From NCBI GenBank assembly GCA_040222015.1, contig JAVJWO010000060.1, positions 1 through 10,687 of the forward strand: a DNA stretch of 10,687 nt. Direction: 5' to 3'. A program made the translations under genes and the position numbers. The DNA comes from Coleofasciculus chthonoplastes F2-STO-03. Its GTDB lineage: Bacteria > Cyanobacteriota > Cyanobacteriia > Cyanobacteriales > Coleofasciculaceae. This document shows positions 1-6,907 of this stretch, one piece after another. Each line of letters begins with the position of its first letter. Within the stretch, counting starts at the first letter, position 1. The notes beneath the pieces are model-generated. The model made no database searches. It had not been told where the DNA came from and was given only the letters and a program-made list of their open reading frames with translations.

Positions 1-59
1 CGGGAAATGTCAGTAGTGAGACGGTTAAGCGTTACATTGAAAATCAGAAGACCAGATAG
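1..59 (+). CDS. tnpA: IS200/IS605-family Y1 (HUH) transposase TnpA, 3' end only
   Basis: Reading from position 3 gives GNVSSETVKRYIENQKTR* (TAG 57-59). This matches the typical Y1 TnpA C-terminus with the catalytic Tyr in YIxNQ. Not in the ORF track because the window truncates it. Confidence 0.85.
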   Translation, partial: GNVSSETVKRYIENQKTR

Positions 60-134
60 TTTGGTCATCTCCGTACCTCCGATGACCCGCCTTATATCCC
101 ACACCTAAAAGGATGTGGGTTTTACGGCGTTTCT
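1..134. mobile_element. End of an IS200/IS605-family element (probably the left end, reversed)
   Basis: The tnpA stop is followed by hairpin GGTCATC..GATGACC (63-87) and imperfect hairpin CCCACACCT-AAA-AGGATGTGGG (98-119), closed by CGCC/GGCG (88-91/126-129). The minus strand reads TTTAT|AGAAACGCCGTAAAACCCAC..., an AT-rich target-like pentamer abutting the end. Confidence 0.7.
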
Positions 135-181
135 ATAAAAATCAGCAATACCCTGCTAGTCGCCAGGGTTTCCAGGCAGAT

Positions 182-321
182 GGGGTGAGGGGGTGAGGGG
201 GTGAGACAAGGAAGAGTTTTCACGAAAAACAGGGCGTTTCGGCTTTTTACAGTTAGCTTGACCGAACATGATTCTGTACGGTTTTTCTCCCTTGTCTTCT
301 TGTCACTTTGTCCCCCTTGTC
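182..321. repeat. Short tandem repeat (STRR-like) intergenic element
   Basis: (G)GGGGTGA x3 at 182-204, then GACAAG at 205-210. Inverse-complementary (C/T)TTGTC x4 at 291, 299, 307 and 316. Confidence 0.65.
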
Positions 322-355
322 TTATCTCAACCATAAAATAAAAAACCTACACCTG

Positions 356-1003
356 TCAGGAGGGGGTGAAGGGGGGTTCATACCAAACCTGGCGATAAAT
401 AAGTTCTAATTCACTTCCCACCTCTGCAAAGTAGTCCATTTGCTGGGAGTGTAACGTGACGATAGTTCGGAGAATTAAAAGCGCAATAATTGCCACAATC
501 ATACCCGCTGCTGTAGTAATTAGCGCTTCACCAATACCTCCAGCCACTTTTGTTGCCTCAACGGTTGTTCCTCCCCCACCAATTTTCAGGTTATTGAATG
601 TACTAATTAAACCCGTAACTGTTCCCAGTAGACCCAATAGAGGCGCAACGGCTACAATAGTTTCCAGGAGTTTTTCACCTTTTCGCATTTTGATGAATTC
701 TTTATCACCGGCGGCTTCCATGGCTAAACGAAAGGTTTCTGGTGTTGGCTGTTTTAGCTTGAGGGGGGCATAAAGAAAGCGACCAATGGGTAAGTGTTGA
801 GCCGATTCTGCTATGTCTTTAGCCTGTTCTAAGTTAGACTGTGCCGCTGCTAGCACATCCTTAACCAGGGTGGCTTCTTGGCTTAATAATTGAAACCAAA
901 ACCAAGCACGATCTAGCCCACAGGATATCGTTAATATCGATAATCCTAGCAGGGGCAGCATGACGAAACCGCCTTGGATTAATAAATCATAGACTCTTGT
1001 CAT
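356..1003 (-). CDS. exbB: MotA/TolQ/ExbB proton channel family protein
   Basis: N-terminal TM segment (GGFVMLPLLGLSILTI) and family motifs APLLGLLGTVTGLI and GIGEALITTAAG; 215 aa. Confidence 0.9.
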   Translation of the reverse strand: MTRVYDLLIQGGFVMLPLLGLSILTISCGLDRAWFWFQLLSQEATLVKDVLAAAQSNLEQAKDIAESAQHLPIGRFLYAPLKLKQPTPETFRLAMEAAGDKEFIKMRKGEKLLETIVAVAPLLGLLGTVTGLISTFNNLKIGGGGTTVEATKVAGGIGEALITTAAGMIVAIIALLILRTIVTLHSQQMDYFAEVGSELELIYRQVWYEPPFTPS

Positions 1004-1133
1004 TTTAAATATCAGCTAATTCCGCACAATCACCCATGGTAACTTTTATCTTATAACGGTACAGACCTATTGTCCAACAGGTAAAGAATTAGATTCCCGA
1101 CGGGTTCTGGTAGGGGATTTATCTTCAGTTTAA

Positions 1134-2843
1134 CTATTTCGCGATCGCGACTCGATAATCCCGGTCAATAAAAGTCATATTAAACATAGTGTCGCGGTTG
1201 CGTAAGAATTTAATCAGACTCGACTTGGGTTCAAATTTTTTCACACAAGCATCGGCTGTTTCATTATACCGAGTTTGAAATTCTTTTTTTAGCTTGTTGA
1301 CCGCTATGTCATCCGTTCCTAATTTTTTAATCATTCCTTCTATCATTTCTTTGAGGATTTTCTCTAAGGTTTTGACTGAATTAATAGAGGATTGAGTCGA
1401 TTGGATTTCTTTTTGGCTTTCTGGGTCTCCTGGGTTACCGATTGTGACACTATAAATCTTTCCAGATTTTTTGATTTGAAATAAATTACAGTCTTGCAAA
1501 AAAGTTATAAATTTATCGCCAAGGCTCAAGTCTTTAAGCACCTGATTAACTGATTGCTTATGCTGTTGGCTAAATTCCGTGCCAACATTGGAGATAGGAA
1601 CAGAGGTTTTCCCCGAATCAGCCATGATTATTTTGACAATTCTAGCTAACTCTTGTTCTAACTCAACTTTTGATTGAATCGTTGTATGTAAAGAACTATC
1701 TAAATTAGGGGATTCGGTCGAGGCACTCGGATTAGGAGCGATAACTGAAGTATTCATTTCAAACAAGGTTACATATAACCCTGACGGTTCCGGTAAGTTG
1801 TGTAAGACAAACTGATTCGGGTAATCAAGAAAAAAATCTGGAACCGTTTTGCCGGGACAGTGGCATGAGACTAAGTAACTTATTGTTGTCTGGTACTGGC
1901 GGCGAAATAAACTAGAAACCTTAGACAGTTTAACCCACTGATTTCCGGTGCGAGTTTGTTCAAGTCTAATAATCGCTTTAATTTGATTAATAAATTCTTC
2001 GGGACCCGGAATTTCAGGTGGCGGACTCAGGGAATGCCGTTTAGTTTGGTTGGTATCACTATTTAAGACGGTGATAGTATCCCCTTGTTTGCGAACTAAA
2101 TAGACGGTAAATCCATGGGTTTGCAGCGTATTATAAAGATGAGTCATCCCGCCATCCGAGGAGCAAACTAATATTTCCCTGGCATTGGGATAATGGATAA
2201 AAATTGATGCTCCCACCGTTGCCATTTTCATATCGGCACTATCTTTCCCCGGTGGAACGTGAATCAGTTCATACCCACGACTGTGGAATTCTGCGTCTTT
2301 TTTGCCGAGGCTGCGCCAATTGGCAAAGGCGACTTTAATTTGAATCGGATAGGTACAGAGTTCCTCTAGGAATTTTTCAGTTTTGATATCCAGTTTGAGG
2401 TTTTCGGCGTCGAGTAAAAGAATGGCAATACCGGGGGAATGATTAGTCACTGAAGCCGAAGGGGGTAAAGTTTCAGAATTATCTGAACTGACCAATTCCG
2501 GCGACGGCGATGGGGACGTTTGGGGAATTAAGGATTGTAGAGTTTGAGTCAATTCACCAAAACTGGGTTGGGTAAAATAGCTGGGAAGGAGTAAAATTTC
2601 TAGGAAACGCCGTAGGTTTATCTGTTTGGCATCCCAGTCGTCAACTTGAGTCAGTCGAGTTTTTAGCTTCGTGATGAAGACAGATTGATTGTGGGGGGTG
2701 TGCCAAGGAATCGTCCTGTACTTTTGTTTGAGGAGTTCCGGATGCTGCTGTTGGATATCCAGAACGATTTGGTAAACGCGATCGCATATTTGAGCAATAG
2801 TTGCTGTATCAGTTGCCAATGGCGCATTGGACGGATCAGACAT
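1134..2843 (-). CDS. NYN (PIN-like, LabA/DUF88/limkain type) domain protein with C-terminal OST-HTH/LOTUS-like repeats
   Basis: NYN motifs ILLLDAENL, VAFANW, GKDSADMKM and ILVCSSDG, followed by three similar ~70-80-aa helical repeats separated by S/T/P-rich linkers. Start placed at ATG 2843 (MSDPSN, 569 aa); the ORF is open to 2894. Confidence 0.75.
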   Translation of the reverse strand: MSDPSNAPLATDTATIAQICDRVYQIVLDIQQQHPELLKQKYRTIPWHTPHNQSVFITKLKTRLTQVDDWDAKQINLRRFLEILLLPSYFTQPSFGELTQTLQSLIPQTSPSPSPELVSSDNSETLPPSASVTNHSPGIAILLLDAENLKLDIKTEKFLEELCTYPIQIKVAFANWRSLGKKDAEFHSRGYELIHVPPGKDSADMKMATVGASIFIHYPNAREILVCSSDGGMTHLYNTLQTHGFTVYLVRKQGDTITVLNSDTNQTKRHSLSPPPEIPGPEEFINQIKAIIRLEQTRTGNQWVKLSKVSSLFRRQYQTTISYLVSCHCPGKTVPDFFLDYPNQFVLHNLPEPSGLYVTLFEMNTSVIAPNPSASTESPNLDSSLHTTIQSKVELEQELARIVKIIMADSGKTSVPISNVGTEFSQQHKQSVNQVLKDLSLGDKFITFLQDCNLFQIKKSGKIYSVTIGNPGDPESQKEIQSTQSSINSVKTLEKILKEMIEGMIKKLGTDDIAVNKLKKEFQTRYNETADACVKKFEPKSSLIKFLRNRDTMFNMTFIDRDYRVAIAK

Positions 2844-2915
2844 ATCACAAAGTAGCACGGAGGATGGCTTATGCGTCCATAATAAAAGAAACAAAAAGCT
2901 TTACACATCTTAACC

Positions 2916-4424
2916 ATGGCGAGAGATCTGCGGGCATTTATCCAGGTGTTAGAACAACGGGGACAATTACGTCGGATTACGGCGTTGGTTGACCCGGATT
3001 TAGAAATTGCCGAGATATCCAATCGGATGCTACAGGCGGGAGGACCTGGACTATTATTTGAGAATGTCAAAGGTTCATCATTTCCCGTCGCCATCAACCT
3101 GATGGGAACCGAGGAACGGGTGTGTTGGGCGATGAATATGGAACATCCCCAAGAGTTGGAAACATTGGGGAAAAAGCTGGGAATGCTGCAACAGCCGAAA
3201 CCACCGAAGAAAATTTCCCAGGCGGTGGAGTTTGGCAAGATTTTATTTGATGTCGTCAAAGCCAAACCGGGACGCGATTTTTTCCCCGCCTGTCAGCAAG
3301 TGGTGGTGGAAGGAGACGCCCTAGATTTAAATAAACTGCCCCTAATTCGTCCTTATCCAGGGGATGCGGGCAAAATTATTACCTTGGGGTTGGTGATTAC
3401 CAAAGACTGTGAAACAGGTACTCCTAATGTGGGTGTGTACCGTCTGCAACTCCAATCTCGGAATACCATGAGTGTTCATTGGTTATCGGTACGGGGTGGG
3501 GCGAGACATTTACGCAAAGCGGCGCAGAATGGCAAGAAATTAGAAATTGCGATCGCGTTAGGGGTTGACCCCTTAATTATTATGGCAGCCGCCACGCCGA
3601 TTCCCGTAGACCTTTCCGAATGGCTGTTTGCTGGACTCTATGGCGGTTCAGGAGTGCAACTGGCAAAGTGCAAGACGCTAGATTTACAAATTCCCGCTGA
3701 CTCCGAGTTTGTCCTAGAAGGGACAATCACACCAGGGGAAGTATTACCTGATGGACCCTTTGGTGATCACATGGGGTATTACGGCGGCGTCGAAGATTCC
3801 CCAGTGATTCACTTCCACTGCATGACTCATCGCCAAAACCCCGTCTATCTTACCACCTTCAGTGGGCGTCCCCCGAAGGAAGAAGCAATGATGGCGATCG
3901 CACTCAATCGGATTTATACGCCAATTTTACGCCAACAAGTATCCGAGATTGTGGACTTCTTCCTCCCCATGGAAGCCCTCAGTTACAAAGCCGCGATTAT
4001 TTCCATTGATAAAGCCTATCCCGGACAAGCCAGACGGGCAGCTTTAGCGTTTTGGAGTGCTTTACCCCAATTTACTTACACCAAGTTTGTGATTGTTGTG
4101 GATAAAGACATTAATATCCGTGATCCGCGTCAAGTGGTGTGGGCAATTAGTTCCAAAGTAGACCCGACGCGAGATGTCTTTATTCTGCCGAATACGCCCT
4201 TTGATAGCTTAGATTTTGCTAGTGAAAAGATTGGTTTAGGTGGACGCATGGGCATTGATGCAACGACTAAAATCCCCCCCGAAACGGAACACGAATGGGG
4301 CGAACCATTGGAATCAGATGCTGATGTTGCGGCTAGGGTAGATCGGCGCTGGGTCGAGTATGGCTTAGATGATTTGGAATTAGGAGAGGTTAATCCGAAT
4401 CTGTTTGGCTATGATATGCGGTGA
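2916..4424 (+). CDS. ubiD: UbiD-family prFMN-dependent decarboxylase (likely prenyl-hydroxybenzoate decarboxylase of plastoquinone synthesis)
   Basis: DLRAFIQVLEQRGQL start and motifs NVGVYRLQ, DGPFGDHMGYY, GRPPKE, VIVVDKDINIRD, LDFAS and MGIDAT; 502 aa. Confidence 0.93.
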   Translation: MARDLRAFIQVLEQRGQLRRITALVDPDLEIAEISNRMLQAGGPGLLFENVKGSSFPVAINLMGTEERVCWAMNMEHPQELETLGKKLGMLQQPKPPKKISQAVEFGKILFDVVKAKPGRDFFPACQQVVVEGDALDLNKLPLIRPYPGDAGKIITLGLVITKDCETGTPNVGVYRLQLQSRNTMSVHWLSVRGGARHLRKAAQNGKKLEIAIALGVDPLIIMAAATPIPVDLSEWLFAGLYGGSGVQLAKCKTLDLQIPADSEFVLEGTITPGEVLPDGPFGDHMGYYGGVEDSPVIHFHCMTHRQNPVYLTTFSGRPPKEEAMMAIALNRIYTPILRQQVSEIVDFFLPMEALSYKAAIISIDKAYPGQARRAALAFWSALPQFTYTKFVIVVDKDINIRDPRQVVWAISSKVDPTRDVFILPNTPFDSLDFASEKIGLGGRMGIDATTKIPPETEHEWGEPLESDADVAARVDRRWVEYGLDDLELGEVNPNLFGYDMR

Positions 4425-4448
4425 ACAAATTTATAAGCAGGATTCATC

Positions 4449-4508
4449 GGGGCGGGTTTAGTTGCATCTGGGTCAAAAAGAGACAATAGTAGTGAAACCC
4501 GCCCCTAC
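4449..4508. repeat. REP-like inverted repeat GGGGCGGGTTT..AAACCCGCCCCTAC
   Basis: 11-bp perfect arms at 4449-4459 and 4495-4505, with CTAC (GTAG on the minus strand) at the foot. Same family as 6940-7012. Confidence 0.8.
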
Positions 4509-4566
4509 ACCCCTCAAAACTTACAATTAAAACGATATATACACAACCGATGCTATCGGACTTGAT

Positions 4567-5316
4567 ATGACTGGTAAACCTAATTTTCCTGGCATGAACC
4601 CCTACCTGGAACGACCGGACATTTGGCCCGAAATCCATTACGGGTTGATTAGTGGGCTAATGAGAACCCTCAACCCAGTACTTAACCCCAAATATCGGGC
4701 GGCTGTCGATAAGCGGGTTTACCTGGATGCGGTTTTAGTTGGTATTCCTGATACAACGGTGATTCAGCAAACGCCTAATCGCACTACAACCTCTACCTCA
4801 GCCGCCGTTTTGAGCCAGCCTGAGCGTGTGGCGATACCCATGCTCGAAGAAGTCACCGAACGCTTTTTGGAAATTCGCGAAGTGGCTACCCGCAAGGTTA
4901 TTACGGTTATTGAAGTGCTATCGCCCAAGAATAAACGATCCGGCGAAGGGCGATCGCAGTATCTCAAAAAACGTCAAACTTTGCTCAGCAGCCAAACCCA
5001 TTTAGTCGAAATTGATCTGCTCAGGAGTGGTGAATCCATGCCTGTGCAAGGTGGATGTAAAGCAGACTACCAAATTTTGGTCAGTCGAGCCAATGAAAGA
5101 CCCGCTGCAGAACGGTATCCCTTTTATTTGCGGGAACCAATCCCCGTCTTTTTATTACCCCTGAGCGCCGCAGACGTTGAACCGGCGATCGATTTGGCTG
5201 CCTTACTTGAACAAGCCTCTCAGGAAGCTGCCCTTGACTTGGTGATTGACTATTCGGTGTCGCCAGAACCCGCCTTGAATGAAGATGATATGGCTTGGCT
5301 CGATACCTTACGCTAA
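4567..5316 (+). CDS. DUF4058-family protein (putative PD-(D/E)XK restriction-endonuclease-like fold)
   Basis: FPGMNPYLE..W..H N-terminus, GIPD, IEVLSPKNK and HLVEIDLLR motifs; 249 aa. Confidence 0.8.
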   Translation: MTGKPNFPGMNPYLERPDIWPEIHYGLISGLMRTLNPVLNPKYRAAVDKRVYLDAVLVGIPDTTVIQQTPNRTTTSTSAAVLSQPERVAIPMLEEVTERFLEIREVATRKVITVIEVLSPKNKRSGEGRSQYLKKRQTLLSSQTHLVEIDLLRSGESMPVQGGCKADYQILVSRANERPAAERYPFYLREPIPVFLLPLSAADVEPAIDLAALLEQASQEAALDLVIDYSVSPEPALNEDDMAWLDTLR

Positions 5317-5373
5317 GTAGTCAGACACCATTCAAGTTGAGCATAAGGACAAGGGAAGAAGAAACGGAAAATA

Positions 5374-5411
5374 GTCAAAATTTGACATTGTTTAATATTT
5401 CTTAGTACAAC
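5374..5411 (+). promoter_or_regulatory. Putative sigma70-type promoter overlapped by the palindrome GTCAAA-A-TTTGAC
   Basis: TTGACA at 5382-5387; weak -10 candidates TAGTAC (5403) and TACAAC (5406); palindrome at 5374-5386. Confidence 0.35.
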
Positions 5412-5465
5412 GAACATCATTGTTCTCCACTTCAATCCTAGAAATAGTAGAACGAGTTAATTCAG

Positions 5466-5493
5466 TGCCGAGGCAATCCGCCTTGGCATTTTT
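5466..5493 (+). terminator. Intrinsic terminator
   Basis: Stem TGCCGAGGC / GCCTTGGCA (9 bp, one G-U pair), loop AATCC, then TTTTT. Confidence 0.75.
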
Positions 5494-5574
5494 CTGCAAC
5501 ACTATATGACATAAAACACCTATTTATTGGAGTTTTATGGTTCATCTTTGGTTCATCATATTTTGGAACTAAAG

Positions 5575-5949
5575 ATGAGCCACAAAAACGATAATTATCT
5601 TGCCCGTCTGGAACAAATCCGGTGGGGTAAGTATCCCCAATGCCCCTATTGCCAATCAACTCATTCTCGACGCTTAAAAAAGGAACGCCGATATCAATGT
5701 AACGAATGCTTTACTTCATATAGCGTTACAGTTGGGACTCTGTTTCACAAAACTCATGTTGACTTAGAAAAATGGGTTCTGGCAATTTATCTGGTTCTTA
5801 ATCCCCCCGAACGGATTAGTGTGCGTCAGTTAGCGAAAAAGATTGGAGTCAATAAGAATACCGCCTCCTATATGATTGCCCGGATTCGTCAGGCAATGAC
5901 TCAAGAGGCGGACTTGCTGCAGCGACTTGTGGAAATAGAGTTTGAGTGA
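5575..5949 (+). CDS. IS1595-family transposase N-terminal part only (Zn ribbon + HTH), no DDE domain
   Basis: LEQIRW..CPYC..YQCNEC..SVTVGTLFHKTH..L.KW..AI..ISVRQLAKKIGVNKNTA.YM..RIRQAM; stops after 124 aa. Start uncertain (TTG 5527, TTG 5548 or ATG 5575). Confidence 0.75.
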   Translation: MSHKNDNYLARLEQIRWGKYPQCPYCQSTHSRRLKKERRYQCNECFTSYSVTVGTLFHKTHVDLEKWVLAIYLVLNPPERISVRQLAKKIGVNKNTASYMIARIRQAMTQEADLLQRLVEIEFE

Positions 5950-5976
5950 TACCAAGTTGCAGTCTAAGGTAGAATC

Positions 5977-6028
5977 TGTCATGCTGAGTGGAGTCCGGAG
6001 CGAAGCGGAGGAACGAAACGAAGCATCT
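5977..6028. repeat. Structured GTCATGCTGAG..GCGAAGC..CGAAGCATCT repeat
   Basis: ATGCT/AGCAT (5981-5985/6022-6026) and TCCG/CGGA (5994-5997/6006-6009) stems, with GCGAAGC at 6000-6006. Resembles, from recall, a widespread intergenic repeat type. Confidence 0.55.
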
Positions 6029-6076
6029 GCAGAACCCTAAATTAAACCCATTTGAGTTCCCTCCTTCCTCCCGGTT

Positions 6077-6099
6077 CCCTCCCCTTGGTAAGGGGAGGG
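6077..6099. repeat. Perfect hairpin CCCTCCCCTT-GGT-AAGGGGAGGG between convergent genes
   Basis: 10-bp perfect stem with a 3-nt loop; a possible outer pairing AAACCC (6043-6048) / GGGTTT (6108-6113). Confidence 0.7.
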
Positions 6100-6148
6100 T
6101 TAAAGTGGGGTTTGTCTAAAGGTATTAGAGATTTGTTAACTTAATCGG

Positions 6149-6313
6149 TTAACTCTTTTTGGAAATGTCTAAGGAAGAAAGGTATTTAGACAGCGATTCT
6201 CCCAATAGTTCTTCGGGTGTCTTTTTTTTATCGGGTTTTTTAGCCGTAAATCCACCAAAAAACCAAACCCAAAGCGAAGCATAGAGGAATAGGATGAAAA
6301 ATGGTGACAGCAT
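6149..6313 (-). CDS. Small single-pass membrane protein, 54 aa (not in the ORF track)
   Basis: Manual translation: MLSPFFILFLYASLWVWFFGGFTAKKPDKKKTPEELLGESLSKYLSSLDISKKS*. A 22-aa hydrophobic N-terminus, a Lys-rich patch, then a likely amphipathic helix. Confidence 0.65.
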   Translation of the reverse strand: MLSPFFILFLYASLWVWFFGGFTAKKPDKKKTPEELLGESLSKYLSSLDISKKS

Positions 6314-6475
6314 AATCGTTAACGGTAGATAACCCTAATCAAACTAATCCCAGAGATAGGTAAGACGGAGAGTACCATCTTGAACTGCCTCTGCGACTAC
6401 TGACGGTTAGGAAACTTTCCTTACATCCAAGTGTAGGACTGTGTGTCGAAAAAGTCTCGACCGCTAACTGGGACA

Positions 6476-6503
6476 GTAGAGACGCGCCATGGCGCGTCTC
6501 TAC
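6476..6503. repeat. Perfect 28-bp palindrome GTAGAGACGCGCCATGGCGCGTCTCTAC (GTAG REP-like)
   Basis: Fully self-complementary with GTAG..CTAC ends; lies 36 bp past the stop of 6540-6824. Confidence 0.9.
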
Positions 6504-6539
6504 AGGGTTTGGGGGGGGATGTCAATCTAATTCTATCGG

Positions 6540-6824
6540 TTATATGGCATGACTATAGAGCAAGGTTCTCCCGATAATATTGTGTGCATTTTTTGAGATA
6601 TGATGGCTAACAATTTGCTGAATTTTCTGATGCAAATGTTTTTCGGTATCTTTAAGGCTTGCCAAAAATGTCAGTAATCGTTGTTTATCTAATAGCGGTA
6701 AGTCCCTGAGCAATTCTTCAGCTTCCTCTAACATTCGCTCTTGTGCCTCTGGCATTAAGTTTATCCAGTTGGAATACAATAGGTTGCGTTCGACAATCGC
6801 CAGCTTCCATTGATATTCGGGCAT
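6540..6824 (-). CDS. Hypothetical helical protein, 94 aa
   Basis: ATG-started ORF filling the gap between two REP-like repeats, with helix-like composition (PEAQERMLEEAEELLRDLP). No family recognised. Confidence 0.65.
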   Translation of the reverse strand: MPEYQWKLAIVERNLLYSNWINLMPEAQERMLEEAEELLRDLPLLDKQRLLTFLASLKDTEKHLHQKIQQIVSHHISKNAHNIIGRTLLYSHAI

Positions 6825-6907
6825 GATGCTTGTCCCACTTAATCATTTGCTATCTGTCGATCATCCTAAGTGAAAGACTATGAAGAAATGGCAAAGATGG
6901 CTGTTTC

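Noticed and set aside
122..334. 70-aa minus-strand ORF
   Set aside because: Translation of the tandem repeats running into the IS end; no ExbD-like features.
456..773. 105-aa plus-strand ORF
   Set aside because: Antisense shadow of exbB.
1004..1133. Fur or NtcA box upstream of exbB
   Set aside because: No convincing GTA-N8-TAC or Fur-like repeat seen.
2663..3265. 200-aa minus ORF and 63-aa plus ORF (2801-2992)
   Set aside because: Both overlap ubiD and the NYN gene in other frames and show no protein-like motifs.
4444..4967. Minus ORFs 4444-4638 and 4764-4967
   Set aside because: Antisense to DUF4058 and, for the first, running through a REP-like repeat.
5462..5659. 65-aa minus ORF
   Set aside because: Antisense to the Zn-ribbon ORF and the terminator; no supporting signal.
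5317..6150. Complete IS1595 element
   Set aside because: No DDE domain, and no matching terminal inverted repeats or target duplication found by eye.
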